DNA from: Candidatus Iainarchaeum sp.
GTDB lineage: Archaea; Iainarchaeota; Iainarchaeia; Iainarchaeales; JAGVWC01
Direction: 5' to 3'
NCBI GenBank assembly: GCA_018304465.1
Contig: JAGVWC010000010.1
Location: forward strand, 160,001 to 224,000
Length of the DNA stretch: 64,000 nt
Part shown: positions 9,585 through 18,715 of the stretch, in pieces
How positions within the stretch are numbered: the stretch's first letter is position 1
How the letters are laid out: every line of letters begins with the position of its first letter
Translations under genes and position numbers: made by a program
Notes under the pieces: model-generated
Database searches by the model: none
The model's input: only the letters and a program-made list of their open reading frames with translations
Told to the model about the DNA's origin: nothing

Positions 9585-9944
9585 ATGAAAAAAAAACTGA
9601 CCATCAAAATCGGCGGCGACATGGACGCGGACGACCGCGAACTATTAACCAATATCAAGAAAGCCCGCCGACCCTCGCACACCCTTTACCTGGACTCGAT
9701 CGAGCAACTGCACGCGCTTTTATCCCCCAAAAAAATCCATATTCTCAAAAGCCTGCTCGAAAACGATGACAATCCAACGGTTTCAGAACTCGCCAAAAAA
9801 ACAAACCGAAAACAAGAAGCCATCAGCCGCGACATCCACGACCTTTGCGACCGCAACCTGGTTCGCCTGGAAAAAAAAGGGCAGCGCGTGCATGCAAAAA
9901 CAAATTACGACAAAATCGTGATCGAAATCCCGCTTGCCCGCTAA
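9585..9944 (+). CDS. wHTH regulator / putative antitoxin (HVO_A0114/COG4190-like)
   Basis: SIEQLHALLSPKK..IL, TVSELAKKTNRKQEAISRDI..L...NLV. Confidence 0.75.
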   Translation: MKKKLTIKIGGDMDADDRELLTNIKKARRPSHTLYLDSIEQLHALLSPKKIHILKSLLENDDNPTVSELAKKTNRKQEAISRDIHDLCDRNLVRLEKKGQRVHAKTNYDKIVIEIPLAR

Positions 9945-9979
9945 ACCGATTTAAAAACTCTTGTTGGGAATATCACGGT

Positions 9980-10816
9980 ATGCCAAAAGTCCTTATTACA
10001 GGGGCCAGCAGTTATGTCGGAGCCCGCTTGTATGCCGATCTTCGGAAAAAATTCGACGTCACCGGAACGTACCATTCGACCCCGCTGTTTCCAGAGCTTG
10101 TCAAACTGGATGTCACCAATTCCGGCGAAGTCCAGGAAACGGTTTTCAGGCTAAAACCGGATTTTGTCGTGCATGTTGCCGCGAATCCTTCCGCAAAATG
10201 GTGCGAAGAAAACCCGACACTTGCCAAAAAACTCAACGAAGACGGAACCCAGAACGTGGTCGATGCGGCAAATCGAATCCACGCGAAAGTCATTTACATG
10301 TCTTCGGTTGCCGCCAAAAAGCCGTCCAGCCTATATGGAAAAACAAAAGGCGAAGGCGAAAAAATCGCTGTCCAAACCAAAGCAGGATACGTTATTCTGC
10401 GCCCATCGCTTATCATCGGATTCAGCCCGAACACGGTAAACGACCGCGCATACAACCGCTTGCTCAAAAACATCATGGAAAAAACCCCCGCAGTTTACGA
10501 CACGTCGTGGAAATTCCGGCCCACTTGGATCGGACACATTTCCGAGATCATCGAAAAAGTGATCGACCGCAACATCACCGGTGAAACGATTCCCATTCTG
10601 GTTCCGACATTAAAATCTCGGTTCGACATCGCAAAAGACCTTCTTACGGCGTTTGGCATTCAGGCAGCCCCAAAAGACCTTAACGACACAACTCCAGCCG
10701 ACTCCGAAGATCTGGACAAGCTCCGCCAATTGGATCTTCCCCAGTATACGTACCCAGAGATCCTTGAAAAGATAATCCGCGAAACAAAAGACTATCTCCA
10801 AAGTATCCGATCGTAA
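9980..10816 (+). CDS. extended SDR, RmlD/dTDP-4-dehydrorhamnose reductase-like
   Basis: VLITGASSYVG, KPDFVVHVAA, YGKTK (YxxxK), ILRPS. Confidence 0.85.
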   Translation: MPKVLITGASSYVGARLYADLRKKFDVTGTYHSTPLFPELVKLDVTNSGEVQETVFRLKPDFVVHVAANPSAKWCEENPTLAKKLNEDGTQNVVDAANRIHAKVIYMSSVAAKKPSSLYGKTKGEGEKIAVQTKAGYVILRPSLIIGFSPNTVNDRAYNRLLKNIMEKTPAVYDTSWKFRPTWIGHISEIIEKVIDRNITGETIPILVPTLKSRFDIAKDLLTAFGIQAAPKDLNDTTPADSEDLDKLRQLDLPQYTYPEILEKIIRETKDYLQSIRS

Positions 10817-10828
10817 CGAATACATTTC

Positions 10829-10842
10829 ACCGGCAATCCACC
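10829..10842 (+). promoter_or_regulatory. ACCGGCAAnnCACC box upstream of polB2
   Basis: ACCGGCAATCCACC, then TTAAA at 10852 and ATG at 10889. Confidence 0.5.
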
Positions 10843-10888
10843 CTCTTTTCGTTAAAGAACCCCCGCTAACCTTTTCGTACGGAATCCC

Positions 10889-13138
10889 ATGCACGGCACT
10901 TTAATCGATGTTTTTTCGGACAAAAACGAACTCGTCCTCTGGATCCGGTACGGAACCCAGAATCTGTTCCTGAGGGACGCCTACAAACCCGTTTTTTTCA
11001 TCCAAAGCCGCGAACACGACTTGATTTCGATCGCCGACACCATTTCAACCGAATTTCCAGGCGACGACTATGTCATCCGGCTCGTGAAAAAACGGGATTT
11101 TGACACGAACCGATTGCAAGACGCCTTGCAAGTGCAAGTCAAAGATTTTCGAAAACGAAGCAAACTCGTTCGGTTTTTGAACACCGAATACCAATTCGAA
11201 TCCAATCTGTTTCATGCCGACCTATCCGTGGAACAACTATACTTGTTCGAAAAAAACCTCCGGCCATTGCAAGACGTGGAATTCGGCGTGCAAGGCAAAC
11301 GAATATGGTTTTTGCAGCCCTTAAAATTCCAGGCATTCACCGACGAGTTTCCCGCTTTTACCCACGTAACCGTGGAAGCGATTCCGAAAGGCGACGTACG
11401 GCAAACCAACGAAATCGCGCTTGAAGCGATGCGTTTAGACGAACAATTTTTCCGCGGAAGCGAAGACGAAATTCTTTTGCAATTCAAGAATGCGTACGAA
11501 AAAAAAGATCCTGACATCGTGCTGTCTGTTTCCGGAAACAAATGGATGCTCGAATATGTCAAACAACGCTTTCTTTTTCACCGGATTCCGTTCGAATGGG
11601 GCCGGTTTTCCGACAAAGCCGGCGGAAAACCCAGTTCGTATTTTTCCTACGGACAAATCATTCGCCGGGACCTCAGCCATTTTTTGTGCGGACGACTGCA
11701 CATCGACACCAGCGGTTTTCATTTCAAGGAATGCGGACTCGACGGCGTGCTCGAAATGGCGTACACCACGGCGATGCCCGTGCAAAAAGCCGGCTTCAAA
11801 AGCTCCGGTTCGTGCATTTCGAATTTGCAGTTGTTTTACGCCTACCAGCAAGGATACCTGATTCCCGACCGGAAAAACCAGGTGGAAAAATTCGACTCGG
11901 GCTGGCACTTGTTTGAAGTCGACAAAGGCGGCATGGTATTCGAACCCAGAATCGGATTGCACGAAAACGTCGTCGAGCTCGATTTTTCCAGTTTGTATCC
12001 CTCGATCATGGTCGAACACAATATTTCACCCGAAACCGTGTTATGCCATTGCTGCGACAACGACGTGGTGCCCGAATGTCATTACAACATCTGCGAAAAA
12101 CGCCGCGGACTGATTCCGATCGTACTCAAACCCGTGCTGGAAAGACGATTGTACTTCAAGCGCATGAAAAGCATGACGAAAGGAAAAGAACGCGAAACCT
12201 ACAAACAAAAAGCCAACGCCCTCAAATGGCTGCTCGTAACATCGTTTGGCTATACGGGATACAAAAACGCGCGTTTTGGACGCATCGAATGCCACGAAGC
12301 CATTTGCGCGTATTCGCGCGAAAAACTCCTTTCCGCCGCCCGAATATGCGAAGACGCCGGTTTTGAAGTACTGCACGCCATCGTGGATTCCGTCTACATA
12401 ACCAAGCCCGGATTTTCGCTTGACGACCTCTCCGCACTGATCAACACCATCACCGAAAAAACCCGGGTCGAAATCGTTCTTGAAGGAATATTCAATTGGA
12501 TCGTGTTCGTTCCGTCTCGACGCGATCACCGCATCGCCACCCCCACCCGTTTTTACGGAGTATACCAAAACGGGGAAGCCAAGCTCCGCGGACTCGAAAT
12601 CCGGCGACGCGATTCCCCCACCGCCATTAAAAAAATGCAATCCGAACAAATCGCGATTCTTTCCAAAGCGACCGACAAAACCTTGTTTGAAAAACAAATT
12701 CCCAAAGTCAAGCGCAAAATGAAAGAATGGATCCAAAAACTCCACAACGGCTTGATCCCCTTCGAAGAACTCGTGATCACCAAACGCGTGTCAAAACCGC
12801 TTTCGAAATACCGCGGCACCAACGCCCAAAAAACCGTGTTGACGCAACTGGCCCGCCGCGGAATCGAAATACACCCCGGGGAAAAAATACGTTTTCTTTA
12901 TACCAAAACCGATTCGTCACAACCCGAAAAACGCGTCACGGCGTATTCAAACCAAACGCCGCCGGTTACGGTCGATCACAAAAAATACGAAGAATTATTC
13001 GTCAACGCGACGTGGGAATTACTGCATTTTAACGGAACCAAAAAAGAAGAATTATTCGAAACGCTTTTTGACCAACAACAGACAAAACTCAACGCGTTTT
13101 CAGAAACGAAACCCGCGAAAATGAGCCGACATGGATAA
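10889..13138 (+). CDS. polB2: family B DNA polymerase, PolB2 (Dpo2) group
   Basis: DFSSLYPSIM..HNISPET (motif A), KWLLVTSFGY.GY (variant motif B), HAIVDS (variant motif C), degenerate exonuclease motifs. Confidence 0.9.
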   Translation: MHGTLIDVFSDKNELVLWIRYGTQNLFLRDAYKPVFFIQSREHDLISIADTISTEFPGDDYVIRLVKKRDFDTNRLQDALQVQVKDFRKRSKLVRFLNTEYQFESNLFHADLSVEQLYLFEKNLRPLQDVEFGVQGKRIWFLQPLKFQAFTDEFPAFTHVTVEAIPKGDVRQTNEIALEAMRLDEQFFRGSEDEILLQFKNAYEKKDPDIVLSVSGNKWMLEYVKQRFLFHRIPFEWGRFSDKAGGKPSSYFSYGQIIRRDLSHFLCGRLHIDTSGFHFKECGLDGVLEMAYTTAMPVQKAGFKSSGSCISNLQLFYAYQQGYLIPDRKNQVEKFDSGWHLFEVDKGGMVFEPRIGLHENVVELDFSSLYPSIMVEHNISPETVLCHCCDNDVVPECHYNICEKRRGLIPIVLKPVLERRLYFKRMKSMTKGKERETYKQKANALKWLLVTSFGYTGYKNARFGRIECHEAICAYSREKLLSAARICEDAGFEVLHAIVDSVYITKPGFSLDDLSALINTITEKTRVEIVLEGIFNWIVFVPSRRDHRIATPTRFYGVYQNGEAKLRGLEIRRRDSPTAIKKMQSEQIAILSKATDKTLFEKQIPKVKRKMKEWIQKLHNGLIPFEELVITKRVSKPLSKYRGTNAQKTVLTQLARRGIEIHPGEKIRFLYTKTDSSQPEKRVTAYSNQTPPVTVDHKKYEELFVNATWELLHFNGTKKEELFETLFDQQQTKLNAFSETKPAKMSRHG

Positions 13139-13458
13139 CGGTCGGTTTCCACAAAGCCCCAACAATTCGCTCATTTTTTTCACCCATCACCGGTTACCAA
13201 CAATAGGAAATGAACCCCCTACTATTTGTTTTGGAATGCGTTTTTGGAGGGGAAAAAAAACCAAAAACAAGCACCGAAAACATTTAAAAAACAATTATAA
13301 GTTAATTATAGTTCTGGTGAAGTGCTTGAAAAACGACTCTTCGCGCATCGAACTATATTTTTTCATCACATTGGTCGCCATGCTCATCGTCGCCTTTTCC
13401 GCGCAATCCAAAACCCAAAACGGCTCCTTTAAAGAAAATATCGAATCCAATTCACTCC

Positions 13459-14739
13459 ATGAACCACTGGTGGGAAATTCCGAAACACCAAACCAGCCGC
13501 AACAACCAATTGTGGATTGCGAACCAAAAAGCGACGCGACTCGCGAAACAATTCCAAACACCGTTATTTGTCTACAACGCAAATCGAATCCGTGAAAATT
13601 ACCGGCGTCTCTGCGAAGCGTTTGACGCCACTGGGGCGCCGTATTCCATTCATTACGCCATGAAAGCGAACCCGCATCCCGCGATTCTTGCGCTTCTTCG
13701 AAAACTCGGCGCAAGAATCGACGCGGTTTCCCCAAACGAAGTGCGACTGGCCAAACAAACCGGGTTTTCACCCGAAAAAATTTTTTTCACCGGAACCAGC
13801 GTCAGCAACGACGACTTGACCGAATTAATCGCATCCGGCGTCCTGATCAATATCGATTCGTTTTCTCAGATGCGTCGCCTGACCGAAAAAAAATTCGACG
13901 GAAACGCGTCGATTCGATGGAACCCCGGAACTGGCGCGGGAATCCACGACCACACCATCACCGGAGGAAAATTCATCAAATTCGGAATCCCCGAAAAATT
14001 CATCCTCAAAGCGTTTCAAACCGCGCGAACAAACGGCCTTTGTGTCGTGGGCCTTCATCAGCACATCGGCTCCGGTTGGCTTGGAAACGACGTTCAAAAA
14101 TTCCTTAAAACCGTCGAAAAAACGATTTCGGTCGGGAAAAAAGCCGAAAAAATCCTTTCAAAACCCCTTGAATTTATCGACTTTGGCGGCGGCCCCGGCA
14201 TCCGGTACCAAGAAAAACAAACCGATTTCCCCATTGAAAAATACGCGCAAGGCATCGCAAACGCCATGAAAAAAAACAGCTTGAATTGCCCCGTCGTGAT
14301 CGAACCCGGACGATTCATCGTTGGCGACGCCGGAATTCTGCTGACCGAAGTCAACACAGTGGAAACCAAAAACATTCCCGTGATCGGAGTCAACGCGGGA
14401 TTCAACGCATTGATTCGTCCGGCGTTTTACGGCGCGTACCACGAAATCGTCAACGCGAACCGCCTGCACACCCCCGTTAAAGTGGCCAGTATGGTGGCAG
14501 GAAACCTCTGTGAAAGCGGAGACGTCTTTAACACCGACAAGTATTCTCTTCGAAAACTCCCCAAAACCCGCGAAGGCGACATCTTAGCCATCTTAAACGC
14601 CGGCGCCTACGGGCGGGCCATGGCCTCCAATTACAACCTGCGCGAACGCCCCGCAGAAATCCTGATCGACGAAAAAAAAACCCGCGTGATCACGCGCAAA
14701 GAAACATTCCGACAACTCATTCAAAACCAAAAACCCTAA
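13459..14739 (+). CDS. lysA: diaminopimelate decarboxylase
   Basis: TPLFVY, YAMKAN (PLP lysine), KFGI, HQHIGS, DFGGG, EPGR, CESGD, GAYG..M.SNYN. Confidence 0.93.
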   Translation: MNHWWEIPKHQTSRNNQLWIANQKATRLAKQFQTPLFVYNANRIRENYRRLCEAFDATGAPYSIHYAMKANPHPAILALLRKLGARIDAVSPNEVRLAKQTGFSPEKIFFTGTSVSNDDLTELIASGVLINIDSFSQMRRLTEKKFDGNASIRWNPGTGAGIHDHTITGGKFIKFGIPEKFILKAFQTARTNGLCVVGLHQHIGSGWLGNDVQKFLKTVEKTISVGKKAEKILSKPLEFIDFGGGPGIRYQEKQTDFPIEKYAQGIANAMKKNSLNCPVVIEPGRFIVGDAGILLTEVNTVETKNIPVIGVNAGFNALIRPAFYGAYHEIVNANRLHTPVKVASMVAGNLCESGDVFNTDKYSLRKLPKTREGDILAILNAGAYGRAMASNYNLRERPAEILIDEKKTRVITRKETFRQLIQNQKP

Positions 14740-14771
14740 AAGCGAACTTTTTTATTACGAAACCGCGTGTA

Positions 14772-15494
14772 ATGGATATGCAACGATTTTTGGCGCTCAT
14801 ATTATTTGGAACGCTGTTATTTGGCTGCGTTTCCAACTCGTCGCTTTCCGCCCCCGACCAGTCTCCGCCCACGCTACGCGCGATTTTACGCAACACGCTA
14901 AATGTCACGGATTATTCCATGCTACCCGAACACGCCGTAAACGAGACTGTGCAAATCAACGAAATTGAAATCAAACCGTTGCGCATTGAAACGTTTTTTT
15001 CAGAGGAATCCCAGATCACAACCGCAGTCGAAAACAAACCCGAAACAGAATCCAGTGAAATGCGACTCGTGCTGGTCGTCCTCAAACTCACCAATCATTC
15101 GAACACGGTTTATTCCTTTGACCCCGCATCATGGGTGGTCACACCCAACGCATTTTCGTTTGAATCCAATGAAGCACCCGAAAACCGGTTTTTGGAATCA
15201 AAAGGACCGATACGCCCAAACGAAACCAAAAAATTCGTTTTTTTCATCCGACAACCCACCGCGGGTCCGGCGAACATCGTTTTTTCATTGAACCCCACGG
15301 CTTCGAACCCTTCCCCCGAACCGACAATTGTCAAATACGGCTTTTGGCTTCCGACCGAATACACGTTTCTTTCGGTTGAAAAACTATTCGAAGAAAGCTG
15401 CAAAAAAAACGCGGAAAACACCCGCGGATGCCAGGTATTCAAAAACACGTTTGGAAACGAATGCGCGGACGGACAAATCCGACGCGCCTGCTGA
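14772..15494 (+). CDS. lipoprotein with DUF4352-like Ig fold
   Basis: LLFGC lipobox; V.LKLTN.S..., I.PNETK..V.F pattern. Confidence 0.6.
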   Translation: MDMQRFLALILFGTLLFGCVSNSSLSAPDQSPPTLRAILRNTLNVTDYSMLPEHAVNETVQINEIEIKPLRIETFFSEESQITTAVENKPETESSEMRLVLVVLKLTNHSNTVYSFDPASWVVTPNAFSFESNEAPENRFLESKGPIRPNETKKFVFFIRQPTAGPANIVFSLNPTASNPSPEPTIVKYGFWLPTEYTFLSVEKLFEESCKKNAENTRGCQVFKNTFGNECADGQIRRAC

Positions 15495-15543
15495 ATTTTC
15501 GCCACCTCAAGCTTTTTTAATCCCCGTTTCCTTTTATTAGCAC

Positions 15544-16020
15544 ATGCCCAAATTGCGCGTCGGAATATTTTCGTTTACCGGAGACGAAGGCTGCGTCATT
15601 ACTTTTTTGGAAATACTAAACACCAAGTTTTTCGAATGGATCGAAAAAGTAGATTTCGTCAATGTCCGCGTCCTCCAAAAAAAAGTCTCGATGGAAAACA
15701 TTGACGTTGCGTTCGTGGAAGGCGCGATTTCAACCGAAAAAGAAGTCGCCAAACTCAAGGAAATCCGCCAAAACAGCAAAAAAGTCGTGGCGATCGGAAG
15801 TTGCGCCATCAGCGGAGCCCCCAGCAACCACCGCAACCTATTTGACGAAAAAACCCGGCTTGAAATCCTTCCGATTCTCGAGCGATTTCATCACCGCGAA
15901 AAAGTCGTTCCGCTTTCAAACCTCATCCTTGTCGACGACCAGGTTCCGGGGTGTCCGATCATCGAGGAAAAATTCATCGAAGTCATGGAAAAATACGTCA
16001 AAGAAATGGGAGGAAACTAA
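15544..16020 (+). CDS. [NiFe]-hydrogenase small subunit (short, proximal-cluster domain only)
   Basis: GDEGC (CxxC variant), DVAFVEGAI, VAIGSCA..G, VPGCP. Confidence 0.88.
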   Translation: MPKLRVGIFSFTGDEGCVITFLEILNTKFFEWIEKVDFVNVRVLQKKVSMENIDVAFVEGAISTEKEVAKLKEIRQNSKKVVAIGSCAISGAPSNHRNLFDEKTRLEILPILERFHHREKVVPLSNLILVDDQVPGCPIIEEKFIEVMEKYVKEMGGN

Positions 16021-17322
16021 ATGTCCCACACGCACGATTTAGACATCACGATTGACCAAATATCCAAAATCGAAGGACACGCCGAAATCTCGGTTACGGT
16101 CCGAAACGGCGAAGTCACCGACGTCAAACTCAAAATCAACGAAAACAAACGATTTTACACGCAAGCCGTCCGCGGAAAACCCTTCGTTTCCGTTCCCCAA
16201 CTCGTCAGCCGCATTTGCGGCACGTGTTCGGTTGCCCACCTCAACGGTTCCATCATGGCGCTCGAAAACGGACTTGGACTTTCGCCTTCTCCGCAAGACC
16301 AACTGCTTCGCGAACTCTCCATGCACGGCCTCATGGTCCGCGATCACGCCATGCACCTGTATTTTTTCTGCCTGCCAGATGAAATGAACGCCGATTCCGT
16401 CATGGAACTCGCCAAAACCAATCACGACCTCGTGCACGAAGCGTTTCACGTCAAAGGCGCCGGAAACGCGCTTTCCCGCCTGGTGCTTGGACGCGCGGTC
16501 CACGGATTATTCGCCCAAGTCGGCTACTACTCCCAAACTCCAAGCAAAGAACAGATTAACGAAGTGATCAAAGAACTCAAAGAAAACCGAGACGCCGCCT
16601 TGCGATTATGCGAAATATTTTATAATTCCAAATTCGAATTCGAACGCACCACCAATTTCGTTTCCTTGGTCGGAGAACGCTTTGATTACCTCACAGGAGA
16701 AATCCATTCGAGTTTGGGACTCTGCATTTCGCCTCAAATGTACCGAAAACACCTTGATCACGTCGTCAAGCCGTATTCCCAAGCGTCCGCGTACGCACTG
16801 GAAGGAAAAGACTACATGACCGGCGCGTTACCGCGACTCAACATGATCAAAGACAAACTGCATCCCGACACCCAAAAATCCTGCCACGAATACCTTAAGG
16901 TATTCCCCTCCAAAAACATTTTCCACAACAACCTGGCGCAAGCCATCGAAATCGTTCATGGCATCGACCGATCCGTCGAAATACTCGAAACCAACGAATT
17001 CAAAGCCGATACCAAACCCGCATTGATACCCAAAAAATCCGACGGCATCGGATTGTTGGAAGCCCCCCGCGGAAACCTGTATTACTTGTTGTCCACCGAC
17101 GAACAAGGACACGTCACGTTTGCCGACATCATCACCCCCAGTTCCCAAAACCAAATCAACATGGAAAACGACTTGCGCAAACTCATCAGAGGAAACCTCG
17201 ACAAAAGCCGCGAAGAAATCGAATTCGAAATGGAAAAACTCATCCGCGCATACGATCCCTGTTTTTCCTGCGCGAGCCACTTTCTGAAAGTCAAATGGAA
17301 CGGACAAAAACCGGCGAAATAA
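16021..17322 (+). CDS. [NiFe]-hydrogenase large subunit (group 3b-like)
   Basis: KIEGH, L1 RICGTCSVAH, EAPRG, L2 RAYDPCFSCASH plus cleavable C-terminal extension. Confidence 0.93.
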   Translation: MSHTHDLDITIDQISKIEGHAEISVTVRNGEVTDVKLKINENKRFYTQAVRGKPFVSVPQLVSRICGTCSVAHLNGSIMALENGLGLSPSPQDQLLRELSMHGLMVRDHAMHLYFFCLPDEMNADSVMELAKTNHDLVHEAFHVKGAGNALSRLVLGRAVHGLFAQVGYYSQTPSKEQINEVIKELKENRDAALRLCEIFYNSKFEFERTTNFVSLVGERFDYLTGEIHSSLGLCISPQMYRKHLDHVVKPYSQASAYALEGKDYMTGALPRLNMIKDKLHPDTQKSCHEYLKVFPSKNIFHNNLAQAIEIVHGIDRSVEILETNEFKADTKPALIPKKSDGIGLLEAPRGNLYYLLSTDEQGHVTFADIITPSSQNQINMENDLRKLIRGNLDKSREEIEFEMEKLIRAYDPCFSCASHFLKVKWNGQKPAK

Positions 17323-17340
17323 ATGTCCAATCCGGGGACG

Positions 17341-17733
17341 TTAAGCCCGTTCCATCGCTTCAATCACCGGAACGATTTCGGAAAACGCTTTTTTGGCGGG
17401 GTATGTCATCGGGATCCCGATGATGTTAACGGTTTTCAACAACCCCATCGCTTTCAATAGTTTCAAACTCTGACCCAAATCAAAATCGTGCATGGAAAAC
17501 CGTTTCGTGTTCTCGAACGAATCGATATCCGTCAACACCGATACTTTTTCAATTCCTTCCACAGCGTCCAGAATCGTCAAATCCGAGCCTTCTTTTTCGA
17601 GGTCTTCGACCGCGTCAAACTCGACAAACGCGATTGTTGGAAACCGTTTTCGAAGAAGCGGCAAAATTTTCAAAGCAATTGAATCTTCCGCGACCAACGG
17701 GTTTCCAAACACCAAAATCCGCACTGTTCCCAC
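17341..17733 (-). CDS. hydrogenase maturation protease
   Basis: VFGNPL..EDS, ILDAV, SMHD motif. Confidence 0.85.
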   Translation of the reverse strand: MGTVRILVFGNPLVAEDSIALKILPLLRKRFPTIAFVEFDAVEDLEKEGSDLTILDAVEGIEKVSVLTDIDSFENTKRFSMHDFDLGQSLKLLKAMGLLKTVNIIGIPMTYPAKKAFSEIVPVIEAMERA

Positions 17734-17787
17734 TGAAAGGGATTACGCGGCATCGGTTTAAAAAACAAACGAGCTTTTTTCTATCGA

Positions 17788-18711
17788 ATGGCCGGACCCA
17801 ATCCCCGACTAGGCACCCTCCTTGTTTTGATTACCGCGTTATCCAGCGGAATCGCGATTTTTCTCAACAAATACTCGATCGCAAGCTTTGACAACGCCTT
17901 CGTGTTCACGTTCCTCAAAAACGCATTGGTCGCCGCCGTACTGCTGGGATTTATTTTTCTTTTCCATAAACGAAAAACCCTCGAATCAATGCGGCTCAAA
18001 GAATGGGGCGCGTTGATTTTAATCGGGTTGATCGGAGGCGCCGCCGCGTTCGCGATTTATTTTTACGCGCTCAAAACCGCCAATGGTCTTGCCGCGGGAC
18101 TTTTGCACAAAACCCTTTTCGTTTGGGCAGGCGCACTCGCCGTGATCGCGCTCAAGGAAAAAATCGACAAACGATTCCTCGTTGCCGCCGGACTCATCGT
18201 TACTGGCAACCTGTTGCTTTTTAGCGGAAACCTGTCATTTGGATTATCCGAAGGATTGATACTCGTCGCGGTATTGCTTTGGGCCGTTGAAAACATGCTG
18301 GCCAAACGACTCCTCAATCAAAATCAACACCTGGACGGTTTAACAGTGGGCTTTGGACGCATGTTTTTCGGAGCCTTGTTTTTGTTTGGATTACTGGTTT
18401 TTACCGGTGACGTTTCCGGAATCGGTTCGCTTTCCTTTGACCACTGGCAATGGATCGCCCTCACCGGCCTTTTTTTGGTGGTCTACGTGGCCACGTATTA
18501 CGTGGGACTCGAACACATTCCATTGCATCAAGCCGCCGCGTTATTGGCGTTCGGACAACCCGTGACCGCAGTACTCACGTTTTTTTTCGTGGGAAAAACG
18601 CCGCTCCTGCCTGAAGCCGTCGGATTATTGCTTTTAGTGCTGGGCACGCTTTTTATCGCATTGGCTTCTTTTTGGAACCAATCCCACTCCCAACCGGTGC
18701 TGGCCGGGTGA
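17788..18711 (+). CDS. DMT/EamA family transporter
   Basis: About 10 TM helices in two EamA-like repeats, LKEKI motif. Confidence 0.85.
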   Translation: MAGPNPRLGTLLVLITALSSGIAIFLNKYSIASFDNAFVFTFLKNALVAAVLLGFIFLFHKRKTLESMRLKEWGALILIGLIGGAAAFAIYFYALKTANGLAAGLLHKTLFVWAGALAVIALKEKIDKRFLVAAGLIVTGNLLLFSGNLSFGLSEGLILVAVLLWAVENMLAKRLLNQNQHLDGLTVGFGRMFFGALFLFGLLVFTGDVSGIGSLSFDHWQWIALTGLFLVVYVATYYVGLEHIPLHQAAALLAFGQPVTAVLTFFFVGKTPLLPEAVGLLLLVLGTLFIALASFWNQSHSQPVLAG

Positions 18712-18715
18712 GCCG

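Noticed and set aside
17250-17285. Selenocysteine ([NiFeSe]) hydrogenase
   Set aside because: The L2 cysteines are encoded by TGT/TGC, with no in-frame TGA.
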